Shown here one piece after another: positions 1 to 9,168 of a stretch of DNA of 64,000 nt (its first letter is position 1; the number at the start of each line of letters is the position of its first letter). The notes under the pieces were generated by a model that was not told where the DNA came from, ran no database searches, and saw only the letters and a program-made list of their open reading frames with translations. The stretch lies in the IMG/VR virus record IMGVR_UViG_3300045988_087221. One strand, 5' to 3'. The DNA comes from a virus. Made by a program: the position numbers and the translations under genes.

Positions 1-465
1 GATCACTTTACCATCCCAGTAGAATAATGCCTTTACACCATCAAGTTTTCTACTAATTAACCATTCTTTATTAAATATCTTAGGATTTGTAACCTTATCA
101 GCTTGTTTAGCTAATTGGGGTTTAATCACACCATACTGATTGGTCTTAACATCTCCAAATATACTAAGGAGTTCATCATCAGTATATTCGTTAGGATGTT
201 TGTCAATTTCCTTATAGCCCTTATCTAAATATTTCTTAACTTCAGAGTTAAATTGTAAAGTATATTGCTCCTGCCAATTTCTCTTCTGTTTAGTTCTATC
301 TACAATAATTTGAGGTGAGAGGGTTGTTTTTCCTCTCACCTGACCATAACTACGTTGAATTATATAACCGGCTGGTTCACAATCTGAATGCCATTCTTCA
401 TCACATTCTACAACTGCAAAACGAAATTTACCAGTACTAGCGCGTCCTAAAAGATATTTAATCAT
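1..465 (-). CDS. ATP-dependent DNA ligase, N-terminal part (gene continues beyond window start)
   Basis: Own translation from ATG (rc of 463-465): MIKYLLGRASTGKFRF...NKEWLISRKLDGVKALFYWDGKVI. KxDG adenylation motif (KLDG) lies near the window edge and the frame is open to position 1. Confidence 0.6.
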   Translation of the reverse strand, partial: MIKYLLGRASTGKFRFAVVECDEEWHSDCEPAGYIIQRSYGQVRGKTTLSPQIIVDRTKQKRNWQEQYTLQFNSEVKKYLDKGYKEIDKHPNEYTDDELLSIFGDVKTNQYGVIKPQLAKQADKVTNPKIFNKEWLISRKLDGVKALFYWDGKVI

Positions 466-634
466 TCGAGTGACTAATTATTAGTGTATATTCTGTATCT
501 CTATGTGATTTAGTCATAACATCTACAAAATTATCGAGTTCTTTAGGAATAACTAAAGATAAAATATATCCAGATTTATTATAATTACAATCCGGATCAA
601 AGGATAAGGTAGCCTTTATATCCTTTTCAATCAT
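458..634 (-). CDS. hypothetical small protein (58 aa)
   Basis: Own translation MIEKDIKATLSFDPDCNYNKSGYILSLVIPKELDNF... Start overlaps the upstream stop (TAATG) and the stop overlaps the ligase start. Below the track size cutoff. Confidence 0.3.
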   Translation of the reverse strand: MIEKDIKATLSFDPDCNYNKSGYILSLVIPKELDNFVDVMTKSHRDTEYTLIISHSND

Positions 635-948
635 TACTTACGAAACTTTTCTACAATATTCCAAAGGTCATCTACGGTTTCTGTTGGAATCTCGGAACCA
701 TCTTCATTATAGGCTTTATTTACTTCATCACCCTCAAACAAAGCAGGTCTTTCATATATCCACCAGTTAATCCAATCTACTCCATCTTCATCGAATACAA
801 TATTCCAAATTGATTCAGCAAGATCCGCTACAGTATCTCCAATAGGAAGTTCCCACAAATTAATGCCAAAATCATCCCATCTATCATATTCTTTATTTAA
901 CTTCAATGTGTCTTCAATAACCTTTGTGAATTGTTCCTTAGTAATCAT
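634..948 (-). CDS. hypothetical protein (acidic, Trp-rich)
   Basis: Minus-strand track ORF with ATG start and an intergenic AT-rich region upstream. No motif recognised. Confidence 0.6.
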   Translation of the reverse strand: MITKEQFTKVIEDTLKLNKEYDRWDDFGINLWELPIGDTVADLAESIWNIVFDEDGVDWINWWIYERPALFEGDEVNKAYNEDGSEIPTETVDDLWNIVEKFRK

Positions 949-1008
949 ATATAATCAATATTAAATATTAAATACTTATCTAATTAATCTAATAAATCTA
1001 ATATAATA

Positions 1009-1509
1009 TCAATTACGAACTCCAGTGTGCCCATAACCACCTTCTCCACGTTCCGTTTTATCGAGTTCGTCAACTAATGTAAATTCAGCTTGTTCACATT
1101 TATAAATAATACCTTGTCCAATTTTATCTCCCTGCTGTATTGTAAATGGCTCAAATCCATTATTCTGTACAATAAGACCAATGTCTCCACGATAATCAGC
1201 ATCTATAACTCCGAAAGAATTAGCCATAGTTACTCCTTTCTTGAGACCAAGACCACTTCTAGTTACAACAGCTAACATATATCCTTCTGGAATAGCCATA
1301 TGCAAACCCGTAGGAATTAGAGCACGACCTCCTGGATGAATTGTAATCTCAACAATCATCTTATTTATATTACGTAAAAAGGAGCAGTTCCAAGTAAGCT
1401 TTTCCTTTACTTCAGTTACATTGGCACAGAAATCAAATCCAGCAGAGCCAGATGTTGCGTATTTAGGAAGGTCATTATTAGACTCATTAATTACAGGTAC
1501 TTTCAACAT
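1009..1509 (-). CDS. dut: dUTP diphosphatase (trimeric dUTPase) with an insertion after motif I
   Basis: Motifs SAGFDF, TRSGLGLKKG, GVIDADYRGDIG, GDKIGQG and ERGEGGYGHTG, in canonical order. Confidence 0.9.
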   Translation of the reverse strand: MLKVPVINESNNDLPKYATSGSAGFDFCANVTEVKEKLTWNCSFLRNINKMIVEITIHPGGRALIPTGLHMAIPEGYMLAVVTRSGLGLKKGVTMANSFGVIDADYRGDIGLIVQNNGFEPFTIQQGDKIGQGIIYKCEQAEFTLVDELDKTERGEGGYGHTGVRN

Positions 1510-1777
1510 TACAATAACGATTTAAAATTTCAGAAATATTATCTAAAGTACATTCATTTGATTCACTATAAAAAGGAATCTCGTGATTATTATCTTTAAA
1601 TATAACAAAAGGGACTAATCTAGCACTATAACCACCTTTTAATCGGTATGCTTTCTTTTTCTCTAAATAATGAGACTCATTATAAGTTCTTATAGTGACA
1701 CTATAAATAGCAGCTAAGTCCTCCAATTGTTTTTTAAAATCTAAAATATCATTATTATAAGCTAACTCTAAAGTCAT
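1487..1777 (-). CDS. hypothetical protein
   Basis: Minus-strand track ORF between nrdG and dut with short overlaps to both. No motif recognised. Confidence 0.5.
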   Translation of the reverse strand: MTLELAYNNDILDFKKQLEDLAAIYSVTIRTYNESHYLEKKKAYRLKGGYSARLVPFVIFKDNNHEIPFYSESNECTLDNISEILNRYCNVESTCN

Positions 1778-2253
1778 TAATTACTTTTACGCCAAAAATA
1801 ACTAGTTATATCTTTAGTTATTGGTCTTCCGCAAGTGTTATCAATTTCCAACATTACTTGATTTGTATTGGGATTATCTAGTCCTCCTCTTTCTTCTACA
1901 TAAGGACCTAATTTTACATAATCAAAATACTGCAAATCAATTTCTGGAGATAAATGACTTCTACCACTATACCAACCAACTTTTAAATTATACTCTGTTT
2001 TAATATATTGTGCAAGAGCATTAACACTTTTTGGCTCTATGTCTCCACCCATAAATCCAACACAGGTAATACCTTTATTCTTTGTAATTAACTTATGTAA
2101 AGCTAATTCTCCTAAAGGTTCTCCTATGTCCTCAGCAAGATAAGATGAATGGCAACCAGGACAATGGCAAGGACATTGACTAATATTGATGCACAGACTA
2201 ATTTCGTTAGGAAACTCTGAGAAAGTAACCATTGAATTGACATATTTAATCAT
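1777..2253 (-). CDS. nrdG: anaerobic ribonucleotide reductase activating protein (radical SAM)
   Basis: CxxxCxxC cluster in SQCPCHCPGCHS near the N-terminus. Size of about 158 aa and the same operon as nrdD. Confidence 0.85.
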   Translation of the reverse strand: MIKYVNSMVTFSEFPNEISLCINISQCPCHCPGCHSSYLAEDIGEPLGELALHKLITKNKGITCVGFMGGDIEPKSVNALAQYIKTEYNLKVGWYSGRSHLSPEIDLQYFDYVKLGPYVEERGGLDNPNTNQVMLEIDNTCGRPITKDITSYFWRKSN

Positions 2254-2491
2254 TTAAATAATCAACACATTCATCATAAAGAGTATCTAATCCGTCATCC
2301 CAGTTAATATCTCCAAATGTTAATCCTAAAGAGCTTAAATAAGCTTCTATAAGACTATGGATATGGTCATCTATATAATTCATTAAATCCTCGTTAGAGA
2401 GTGAACCACACTGAGGATAATAGGACTTTATATAATCAATAAAATCTTCTACTTTTACCTCTTCATAAAGGTCAAGATTTATATATGCCAT
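2246..2491 (-). CDS. hypothetical small acidic protein
   Basis: Track ORF, very D/E/Y-rich, tightly packed with neighbours. Confidence 0.55.
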   Translation of the reverse strand: MAYINLDLYEEVKVEDFIDYIKSYYPQCGSLSNEDLMNYIDDHIHSLIEAYLSSLGLTFGDINWDDGLDTLYDECVDYLND

Positions 2492-3195
2492 TCTTCAATT
2501 TTATTGGTTTCTGTGTTTAACACAAATGGTTTGCAGCAATCTAACATAGCATACTTATCTGTAATTAAAGGCTTGGTTCTGCCTCCCCAAGTATGCCCAA
2601 ATATTTGATAATAGTCTTTATATGGAGTTTGTATCTGAAAGTCTTCTAGACTATTCCAAACGCAAGAACCATAAATATTATATCCTCCTCTAGAGTATGG
2701 AATTTGGTCTAAAGGACTAAGATTAGTTATATCTATATTATTTAAATCTTTTAATTCTAGATTATTACAAACTAACCAGTCCCCAGTAATGCCTGCATGG
2801 GAGAATAAGTATTTATGAGGTTCTTTAGTAGTCAAATCTTCATATATGTAATATAATTGAGGACTTAAGCCACTAATTAACTCTTTTACTTCTTTTTGTT
2901 GCCAATAATCAAATCTACATTTACCATTTCCATTGAAATAGCTTAAATCGTGATTACCTAATAAGCATATAACATCAGAAGTATGGCGTCTATTCTCTAC
3001 AAAAGCAGCTAATTCTCTAAGATTAGCTAAAGATACCGCTTTATCAGGTTCTCCATCTACGTATTCTCCATAAGGGTCATGGTAATCCCCTAAGAATACT
3101 ATTTTACCTGTCCAATTATTGCATGGTTCTTTCCAAAAACCACGACCATGAATATCCGGGATTACTAATATTTTAGTCACACAAATATTGTTCAA
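2479..3195 (-). CDS. calcineurin-like metallophosphoesterase (Ser/Thr phosphatase-like)
   Basis: Motifs VIPDIHGR, LGDYHDPYG and LLGNHD, in order. Confidence 0.75.
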   Translation of the reverse strand: MNNICVTKILVIPDIHGRGFWKEPCNNWTGKIVFLGDYHDPYGEYVDGEPDKAVSLANLRELAAFVENRRHTSDVICLLGNHDLSYFNGNGKCRFDYWQQKEVKELISGLSPQLYYIYEDLTTKEPHKYLFSHAGITGDWLVCNNLELKDLNNIDITNLSPLDQIPYSRGGYNIYGSCVWNSLEDFQIQTPYKDYYQIFGHTWGGRTKPLITDKYAMLDCCKPFVLNTETNKIEEWHI

Positions 3196-3475
3196 ACTCT
3201 GTCATAAATTCTTTGTTATCTAATAATTCAGTAATATTATCATTACTAATCTCACCTTCGGTATCTATTTCGGAATCTAATATAGAAAGAAATTCTTCTT
3301 TATAATTTTTTAAGTTATCTTTTAACCAGGTAATTATAAATTCAGCATAATCATATTCTTCTGGTATATCACCATAATAAGCGAGACATAAGTTGACTAA
3401 AGCTTCAAAGAGGGTATACTTTTCAAAAGTATAATCTATTTTTAAAGTCCAATGTAATTCAATTTCATCATTCAT
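3173..3475 (-). CDS. hypothetical small acidic protein (paralog of 3468..3755)
   Basis: C-terminus ITELLDNKEFMTEFEQYL resembles ITELVTEDKFLEKFKEWY of the next gene. Highly acidic. Confidence 0.55.
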   Translation of the reverse strand: MNDEIELHWTLKIDYTFEKYTLFEALVNLCLAYYGDIPEEYDYAEFIITWLKDNLKNYKEEFLSILDSEIDTEGEISNDNITELLDNKEFMTEFEQYLCD

Positions 3476-3755
3476 TTTCGTACCACTCTTTAAATTTTTC
3501 TAAGAATTTATCTTCAGTAACTAACTCCGTAATATCTTCAGCATCTATATCGCCATTAGAATAATTATAAGGAGAAGCCTCCTTAATTAATTCTTCTATA
3601 TAATTTTCAATATAATCTTGTATGCCTTCAATAATCTCGTCTATACCATCATCTTCAGTTCCTATATAGGTGCGATATACGTAAAGTAAAGCTGAGTAAA
3701 GGGCATCTTCTTCAACAAACACTTGTCGAATTTCACGCCATGTTAAATCTACCAT
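3468..3755 (-). CDS. hypothetical small acidic protein (paralog of 3173..3475)
   Basis: Track ORF that shares its C-terminal motif with the neighbouring gene. Confidence 0.55.
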   Translation of the reverse strand: MVDLTWREIRQVFVEEDALYSALLYVYRTYIGTEDDGIDEIIEGIQDYIENYIEELIKEASPYNYSNGDIDAEDITELVTEDKFLEKFKEWYENE

Positions 3756-4081
3756 TCTTCGAGTTTTAATTCTTTTAAATACTTAGTGTAGTAATCTAAT
3801 AATTTATCCTTAGCCACTTCTTCTATTTGTCTAGAGAGATCATTTTGAGACACATTATCTATAACATCTTGTTCTACATCAAAATTTTGCACAAAAGCAT
3901 CATACCACTCATCTGGTTCACAAAAAATGTCATCTACTATATCTCTAGCAGTAACAGCCTTTTCATAAACGGTTTTGATATAATCACCATCTATATAGTT
4001 TTTAAACCATTCTATTATAGATTCTACATTATAACTATATTCACTAGCTATACTTATACTCTTTTGATATACAAAATACAT
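3749..4081 (-). CDS. hypothetical acidic protein
   Basis: Track ORF, tightly packed with neighbours. No motif recognised. Confidence 0.55.
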   Translation of the reverse strand: MYFVYQKSISIASEYSYNVESIIEWFKNYIDGDYIKTVYEKAVTARDIVDDIFCEPDEWYDAFVQNFDVEQDVIDNVSQNDLSRQIEEVAKDKLLDYYTKYLKELKLEEW

Positions 4082-4082
4082 A

Positions 4083-4397
4083 TTAATATGGTTTAAATTG
4101 CTGTTTTACTAACTTACCTTCATTATATTCAAGAGTTCGTTCACCTTCTTCTGAATTATCAGGCTCATCTCCTTCATAATAATATTTACCATCTTTGAAA
4201 AATACTTCATCTTCTACGATAGTACAATTATAAGGAAGCCAATCTGCATCCCAATTTTCTTCAAAAGGTACGTAAACATCATACATTGATACAGCTTCTT
4301 TAGTGGTATAATAAACATCATCAAACCATCCAAAAGCTCTTAAATTACAAGAAATGTCAGTAATAGCACTGCCATCAAATTTTCCGTATAATTTCAT
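4083..4397 (-). CDS. hypothetical protein
   Basis: Track ORF, tightly packed with neighbours. No motif recognised. Confidence 0.55.
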   Translation of the reverse strand: MKLYGKFDGSAITDISCNLRAFGWFDDVYYTTKEAVSMYDVYVPFEENWDADWLPYNCTIVEDEVFFKDGKYYYEGDEPDNSEEGERTLEYNEGKLVKQQFKPY

Positions 4398-4834
4398 TGT
4401 AATAAAGATTTAAATATTTTGACAATAGTACTCTTTTGAGCAGTAGGGAATCTACTTTGAACATCTGCAATAACCCCTTTAGTGTCCTTAATAGTAAGAG
4501 TTGTTGCTTCCATTAATTCAGCAATAAGTTCTTCAATCTCCTGCTCTGAAGGCTCTTTAGGCATTATACCTAGAATATAACCAAGTTCTCTGGTCTCTTT
4601 AAGAGCTAAATCGTCACGACCAGCTTTCTCATAAATAGCTATAGCTTTTTCACGCTCTTTAGCCATTTTCTGTAAAACTTCTAATTCAGAAACAGGCTTT
4701 TCAGAATGCTTATTATTAATTAATGCAGCCTTAATTAATTTAGCCATTTCTAAAATGAAAGTGTTAGAAGTTTTTCTAGCACCTTCAATCAAGATGTCAA
4801 CTGTTTGTTCTAGTGTCTTTTTATTATCGTTCAT
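4394..4834 (-). CDS. GatB/YqeY-domain protein
   Basis: The 146-aa layout matches YqeY proteins as I remember them: ...AIYEKAGRDDLALKETRELGYILGIMPKEPSEQEIEELIAELM...KDTKGVIADVQSRF. Confidence 0.65.
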   Translation of the reverse strand: MNDNKKTLEQTVDILIEGARKTSNTFILEMAKLIKAALINNKHSEKPVSELEVLQKMAKEREKAIAIYEKAGRDDLALKETRELGYILGIMPKEPSEQEIEELIAELMEATTLTIKDTKGVIADVQSRFPTAQKSTIVKIFKSLLQ

Positions 4835-4997
4835 CGTTAATTGTAATATTTTTGTTAACCATCCATTCTATGTCATCTAAATTAAATCCCATAGAATCTA
4901 ACCAATCATCTATAGCAGTATCATCCATATTTAACCATGGTAATTTATAAATCCAGACAGACCCATCACAATAGTCTAGTACAATTATTTCCTCCAT
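4824..4997 (-). CDS. hypothetical small protein (57 aa)
   Basis: Own translation MEEIIVLDYCDGSVWIYKLPWLNMDDTAIDDWLDSMGFNLDDIEWM... It fills an otherwise empty gap. Below the track cutoff. Confidence 0.3.
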   Translation of the reverse strand: MEEIIVLDYCDGSVWIYKLPWLNMDDTAIDDWLDSMGFNLDDIEWMVNKNITINDER

Positions 4998-4999
4998 AG

Positions 5000-5221
5000 T
5001 TAGTCAAGCTTAGATTCATAGTCATAATCTATCATAGCAGTTAAATAATTAATAGCTGCTAATTCTCCACTATGTAGACTAATCTGTTTATCGTTAATTG
5101 TTATATCCCAACCTTCTCCATTAGCCCATTCTGTTACTACTATATAATCAGAATTTAGACCATATGTAAAGTTACGTAGAGAACAATTAACTGATTTAAG
5201 CTGTTTTCTTTCCACACTCAT
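5000..5221 (-). CDS. hypothetical protein
   Basis: Track ORF immediately downstream of an intrinsic terminator/restart region. Confidence 0.5.
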   Translation of the reverse strand: MSVERKQLKSVNCSLRNFTYGLNSDYIVVTEWANGEGWDITINDKQISLHSGELAAINYLTAMIDYDYESKLD

Positions 5222-5223
5222 AT

Positions 5224-5258
5224 ATAGAAAAAGGAGACCTAGTTACCTAAGTCTCCTT
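5224..5258 (-). terminator. rho-independent terminator
   Basis: Minus strand reads AAGGAGAC-TTAGGTAACTAG-GTCTCCTT followed by TTTCTATATA. 8-bp stem, intergenic. Confidence 0.6.
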
Positions 5259-5264
5259 AACCAT

Positions 5265-5495
5265 TTATAAATTATTTTCTAAATAATCTAAAATATTTTG
5301 ATAGGTAGAATCATCTATTTGCATACCAACTTCACCTACCAAATTACATATACAAGATTCTAGATATTCAAGTCCTTTGTCAGTTTCTAAATAGTCTAAA
5401 ATCTCATCTATGCTTTTATTTTGAAATTCTTGATTGATAAAGTCTCTTAGAGCTTCTTCATCAAGTGTTTCTTCTTTAACTAATGTTATTTCCAT
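5265..5495 (-). CDS. hypothetical small acidic protein
   Basis: Track ORF. D/E/L-rich, like the 2246-4081 acidic set. Confidence 0.5.
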   Translation of the reverse strand: MEITLVKEETLDEEALRDFINQEFQNKSIDEILDYLETDKGLEYLESCICNLVGEVGMQIDDSTYQNILDYLENNL

Positions 5496-5749
5496 TATTT
5501 ACTAAGTAATTCCTTTATCTTATTAGCTGGAACTGCTCCAGATAATCTACCTACTTCTACTCCATCTTTTAAATAGATAAGAGTAGGCATATTTCTAATC
5601 TGATACTTTAGTGTTTTCTGCTCTTCAATCTCGCAATCTACTATTGTTAATTTAACGTCAGGAAAATCCTTGAGTACATTATCCAATGTAGGTTTAAGAG
5701 CTTTACACTGACCACACCACTCTGCTTCAAACTTTAATAACTCTTTCAT
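5495..5749 (-). CDS. trxA: thioredoxin
   Basis: WCGQCK active site at the expected position of an 84-aa thioredoxin fold, adjacent to nrdD. Confidence 0.85.
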   Translation of the reverse strand: MKELLKFEAEWCGQCKALKPTLDNVLKDFPDVKLTIVDCEIEEQKTLKYQIRNMPTLIYLKDGVEVGRLSGAVPANKIKELLSK

Positions 5750-5770
5750 TAAAAATCAATTTCTGTCATA

Positions 5771-5977
5771 TTAATAATTTATTTCAATAATACTACCAAT
5801 ATCATCAACGCTAAAATCATCTACATTCACTCGTCCTTCATCCCAAAGCCATTCTTTTTGTTCTTTTAAAGACAAAGATTTAAATTTCTCAAAATCTTTA
5901 TCATTCAATTCCATTTCTAAATGACCCATTCTTAAATAACCTTGGACATAATCAAGATCCCCGTAAATTGTATGCAT
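5771..5977 (-). CDS. hypothetical protein
   Basis: The track ORF 5771..6037 begins at TTG inside nrdD. The first ATG (MHTIYGDL...) at 5975-5977 follows the nrdD stop directly, so the start is trimmed to it. Confidence 0.5.
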   Translation of the reverse strand: MHTIYGDLDYVQGYLRMGHLEMELNDKDFEKFKSLSLKEQKEWLWDEGRVNVDDFSVDDIGSIIEINY

Positions 5978-5978
5978 A

Positions 5979-8162
5979 TTAAAGATTTGGTTTATATGTA
6001 AAGCTTCTATCCCCACTCTTATACTTACGTATTGCAAATTCTAGCTGTCTAGGATTACTCCAATTGTCTACACATACAAGATAACCAATAATTCTAGTAT
6101 AATATTTAATGTGTCTGCAATGACAAATAGGACACTCGTCAATAGGAGCATTTACTACATGTCCGCATTCTCTACATTGGGACATTGGAATGTTAAATGT
6201 GAAATAACTAGTACCTTCATCTTTAGCTACATCTAATAGGTGTAAATACTGTTGTTTACTCAAATGAGCATCAAGATTTGCATGAAGAGCTTGTCCTCCA
6301 TCACAATACTGAGCTATTCCTCTACCATGAAGCTTAAATTTATCAAGAATAGAGGTCTCATCCCATGGATTATAGAAATAACAATTATACAGATTCTGGT
6401 TTTCGGGTACTGCATAACCATCTTTCTTATCCCAATTATAGAGTTTTACACCCAATCCTTCTCCTGGGATAGCTTCACTATTAAATAGGAAGGGTCTCTT
6501 GCTATCGTGGATAGAGTTTTTCTTATTTTCTTCTTTAACAGTACCAAATACTAATTTAAGAAAATTCTTATATGCCTCATTATTAGATACAGGTAGGCAC
6601 AAGAATTGTGCAGCTTCACAATAACCTATCAATCCAATAGTAGAATACAATTTACGCATATAAATATATCCTGCATTACAATCAGAGAACATTTTAGCGT
6701 CTTCCATTTCGTAAAGCATTGTCTTATATGCAATATGATACTTGTATACTCTTTCAAGAATTGGAATTAAGTATTGTTTAAACTTATTTGCCCATTCCTC
6801 ACCAGAATCCAATTCATCAGGAGTTAAAGGTGATTTTATCCAATCCTGAACAATTCTGTTAATATTAAGGGTAATTACATTACAAGAACCTGTCATAACT
6901 CCGGTCATACCTGTAGTAGAACTAAAAGTATTATCAGACATTTCATTTAAGACTCTACAACATGATGCTAAAGATGTAGGATTGTCACTAGTATAGCAGA
7001 AGAAACTTCCACCTTTAGCCCACTCTTCAGCACATAACTCTTTATATTCTGGATCCAGATATTCTTTACCATTATGTACAAGAGCCATAGTAGTTACTGG
7101 GAATGTAAGAGGTTTAATTAACCTAATCTCTCTTAAAAGTTGCATAAAGATTCTCTGCAACTTATCTATGGCATTCCATTCAGGCTGTGTTCCATCAGGA
7201 TAATAAAATTCTCCAAAGAGTGATTTAAAATATATTTTATCATAAAAAGAAACATTAGAGAAAGGTGAATTGTAGCTTCTATTGCCTGCAGGTTGATTAA
7301 CTCCATAAATAAACTGCTTCATACCCTTTCGGATATAATGTCCAACAGTATACTGATGCAGAAAGTGAGAATTAGTTACAACTTCATCCACCTTCTCATA
7401 CCATACAGGTCCAAACTCTTGAATTACATAATAATTAAGAGCTATAAAATAATCACCGAGAGCAACAGCTCCTTTACACTGAGAACTAAACAAAAACACA
7501 GCATTAGTTACCTGACCACTAAAAGATTGAATATCATTTGGGGCGCTAGGAGTAACTCCATCAATATTACCCACACCTTCAAGCATTAAGGGATACAATG
7601 TAACTGCTTTACAATAAGGTTTAAGTACTGGAGTACTTGCCTCATCATGAGTATAGATAATATGATTCTCCAAATCCTTAATATACTGTCTTCCAAGTTC
7701 TTGACCTGGATACAATTTATTAAGTTTATCTTTCATTCGTTGTCTTTGAATAATTCTATTGGTTACTTTATATACTTCACCCTCAAGATTAGCTACATTC
7801 TTAGAAGCAACATTAGCATTAGCATCAGTTTCCGAAGAAGTGGATGCATTTACACCAGAATCTTTATAAGTGTCCATGTAATTAAGTCTACTTCTAATAA
7901 ATCTAGCTTTCTTGTGTTCTTCTCTATAAATGGAATAAGCTCTAGCTACATCAAAATATTCGTAATTATATAAAGTCTCTTCTACTTCATCTTGAATTTC
8001 TTCTACAGTGATATTATCCCAGAATCTCATTTCTGAAACCATATCCCGAATAACATTTTCAACAGAAGTATAACCACAAGCTTTAAATGCTTTAGTTAAA
8101 GCATTAAATATTTTATCTGCATTAAACTCTTCCTTTGTTCCGTCTCTTTTTATAATGACCAT
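5979..8162 (-). CDS. nrdD: anaerobic ribonucleoside-triphosphate reductase (class III)
   Basis: N-terminal ATP-cone (IIKRDGTKEEFNADKI). C-terminal Zn ribbon CRECGH...CPICHC followed by the glycyl-radical motif TRIIGYL. 727 aa. Confidence 0.92.
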   Translation of the reverse strand: MVIIKRDGTKEEFNADKIFNALTKAFKACGYTSVENVIRDMVSEMRFWDNITVEEIQDEVEETLYNYEYFDVARAYSIYREEHKKARFIRSRLNYMDTYKDSGVNASTSSETDANANVASKNVANLEGEVYKVTNRIIQRQRMKDKLNKLYPGQELGRQYIKDLENHIIYTHDEASTPVLKPYCKAVTLYPLMLEGVGNIDGVTPSAPNDIQSFSGQVTNAVFLFSSQCKGAVALGDYFIALNYYVIQEFGPVWYEKVDEVVTNSHFLHQYTVGHYIRKGMKQFIYGVNQPAGNRSYNSPFSNVSFYDKIYFKSLFGEFYYPDGTQPEWNAIDKLQRIFMQLLREIRLIKPLTFPVTTMALVHNGKEYLDPEYKELCAEEWAKGGSFFCYTSDNPTSLASCCRVLNEMSDNTFSSTTGMTGVMTGSCNVITLNINRIVQDWIKSPLTPDELDSGEEWANKFKQYLIPILERVYKYHIAYKTMLYEMEDAKMFSDCNAGYIYMRKLYSTIGLIGYCEAAQFLCLPVSNNEAYKNFLKLVFGTVKEENKKNSIHDSKRPFLFNSEAIPGEGLGVKLYNWDKKDGYAVPENQNLYNCYFYNPWDETSILDKFKLHGRGIAQYCDGGQALHANLDAHLSKQQYLHLLDVAKDEGTSYFTFNIPMSQCRECGHVVNAPIDECPICHCRHIKYYTRIIGYLVCVDNWSNPRQLEFAIRKYKSGDRSFTYKPNL

Positions 8163-8521
8163 ACATTCTTTTTATTCATTAATTTTTTAGCATCTGAAGA
8201 TAATTTATCTGGATTATAGTTATCTAAATTTATTGTAAAATTAATGAGTTTAAAATTATCAGCGACTTTATCATTTATGAGTCTTTTAACTAACTCAATT
8301 AAAGTTTCTTCAGAATACTCACTACCCTTAGCACTTTTAACTATTGTAGTATTATCAATAGTATTAAACAATGCCCAGGGAATAGCTTCTCCACATGTAT
8401 AAGCTATGTAACCAACAGCATCGTTACCTTTATAAGGTATGACTATACCTGTAATTTCATTGTCAATAGCACCTAAATCAATAGCATCAGAGGTTTCACT
8501 TGGCAATATAATATCTTTCAT
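8150..8521 (-). CDS. hypothetical protein
   Basis: Track ORF, tightly packed with neighbours. No motif recognised. Confidence 0.5.
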   Translation of the reverse strand: MKDIILPSETSDAIDLGAIDNEITGIVIPYKGNDAVGYIAYTCGEAIPWALFNTIDNTTIVKSAKGSEYSEETLIELVKRLINDKVADNFKLINFTINLDNYNPDKLSSDAKKLMNKKNVWSL

Positions 8522-8526
8522 ACTAT

Positions 8527-9168
8527 TTATTTTAAAGACTCTAAAAATTCATCTACAGCAGGATATTCATCATCATAGATAATATCATCAATCTTGAAAT
8601 CCTTAATAGCAAAATCAGGTCTTCCATGAGATTGCCAATACTTTGTTACATACTCAGCATTAGAATTAGGACTTCCCACCATTAAAGCCATAGTCATATC
8701 GAACTGATTAGACTCTCTAGAATGTCCACAATAAAAATTCTGACACTTTTTAATATGCTCTAGACACTTATCAGTAGCTTCCTTACCAATCAAGGTATCT
8801 AATGCTGGGACCTTTTTATAATCTCTATAAGCAGGTCTATCCTTAGTGGCAGGTTTATAATCGTCTTCCGTGCCCCCTTTAACTAGATAATCTATTAGTA
8901 ATTCAAAAGTGTCATTCCAATTATCAGTAATTCCATAAGCATCTTTATATATGTCTCTCAGATAGATAAAATTCTTTTCTGACAAATAGTGTTTCTTATA
9001 TAGAGGATCTTCTTTAGAATCTTTATATCCATCTGCAATAAGCTTATCTAAATCTATAGCTGGTTGAGCCCATTTATACATTTCAACCAAGCATTTATGA
9101 ATTGCCTCATTTAAAATATCACTTCTAGTTAACATATAGTTTCTATTTTTCCACGATTTGATGCTCAT
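8527..9168 (-). CDS. hypothetical protein
   Basis: Track ORF. Its ATG directly follows the TAG stop of the upstream gene. Confidence 0.55.
   Translation of the reverse strand: MSIKSWKNRNYMLTRSDILNEAIHKCLVEMYKWAQPAIDLDKLIADGYKDSKEDPLYKKHYLSEKNFIYLRDIYKDAYGITDNWNDTFELLIDYLVKGGTEDDYKPATKDRPAYRDYKKVPALDTLIGKEATDKCLEHIKKCQNFYCGHSRESNQFDMTMALMVGSPNSNAEYVTKYWQSHGRPDFAIKDFKIDDIIYDDEYPAVDEFLESLK

Noticed and set aside
5979-8162. Intein or intron in NrdD (727 aa is on the long side)
   Set aside because: The ORF is uninterrupted. No intein splice-junction or homing-endonuclease motifs were noticed. The length is within the range of bacterial NrdD with an ATP-cone.
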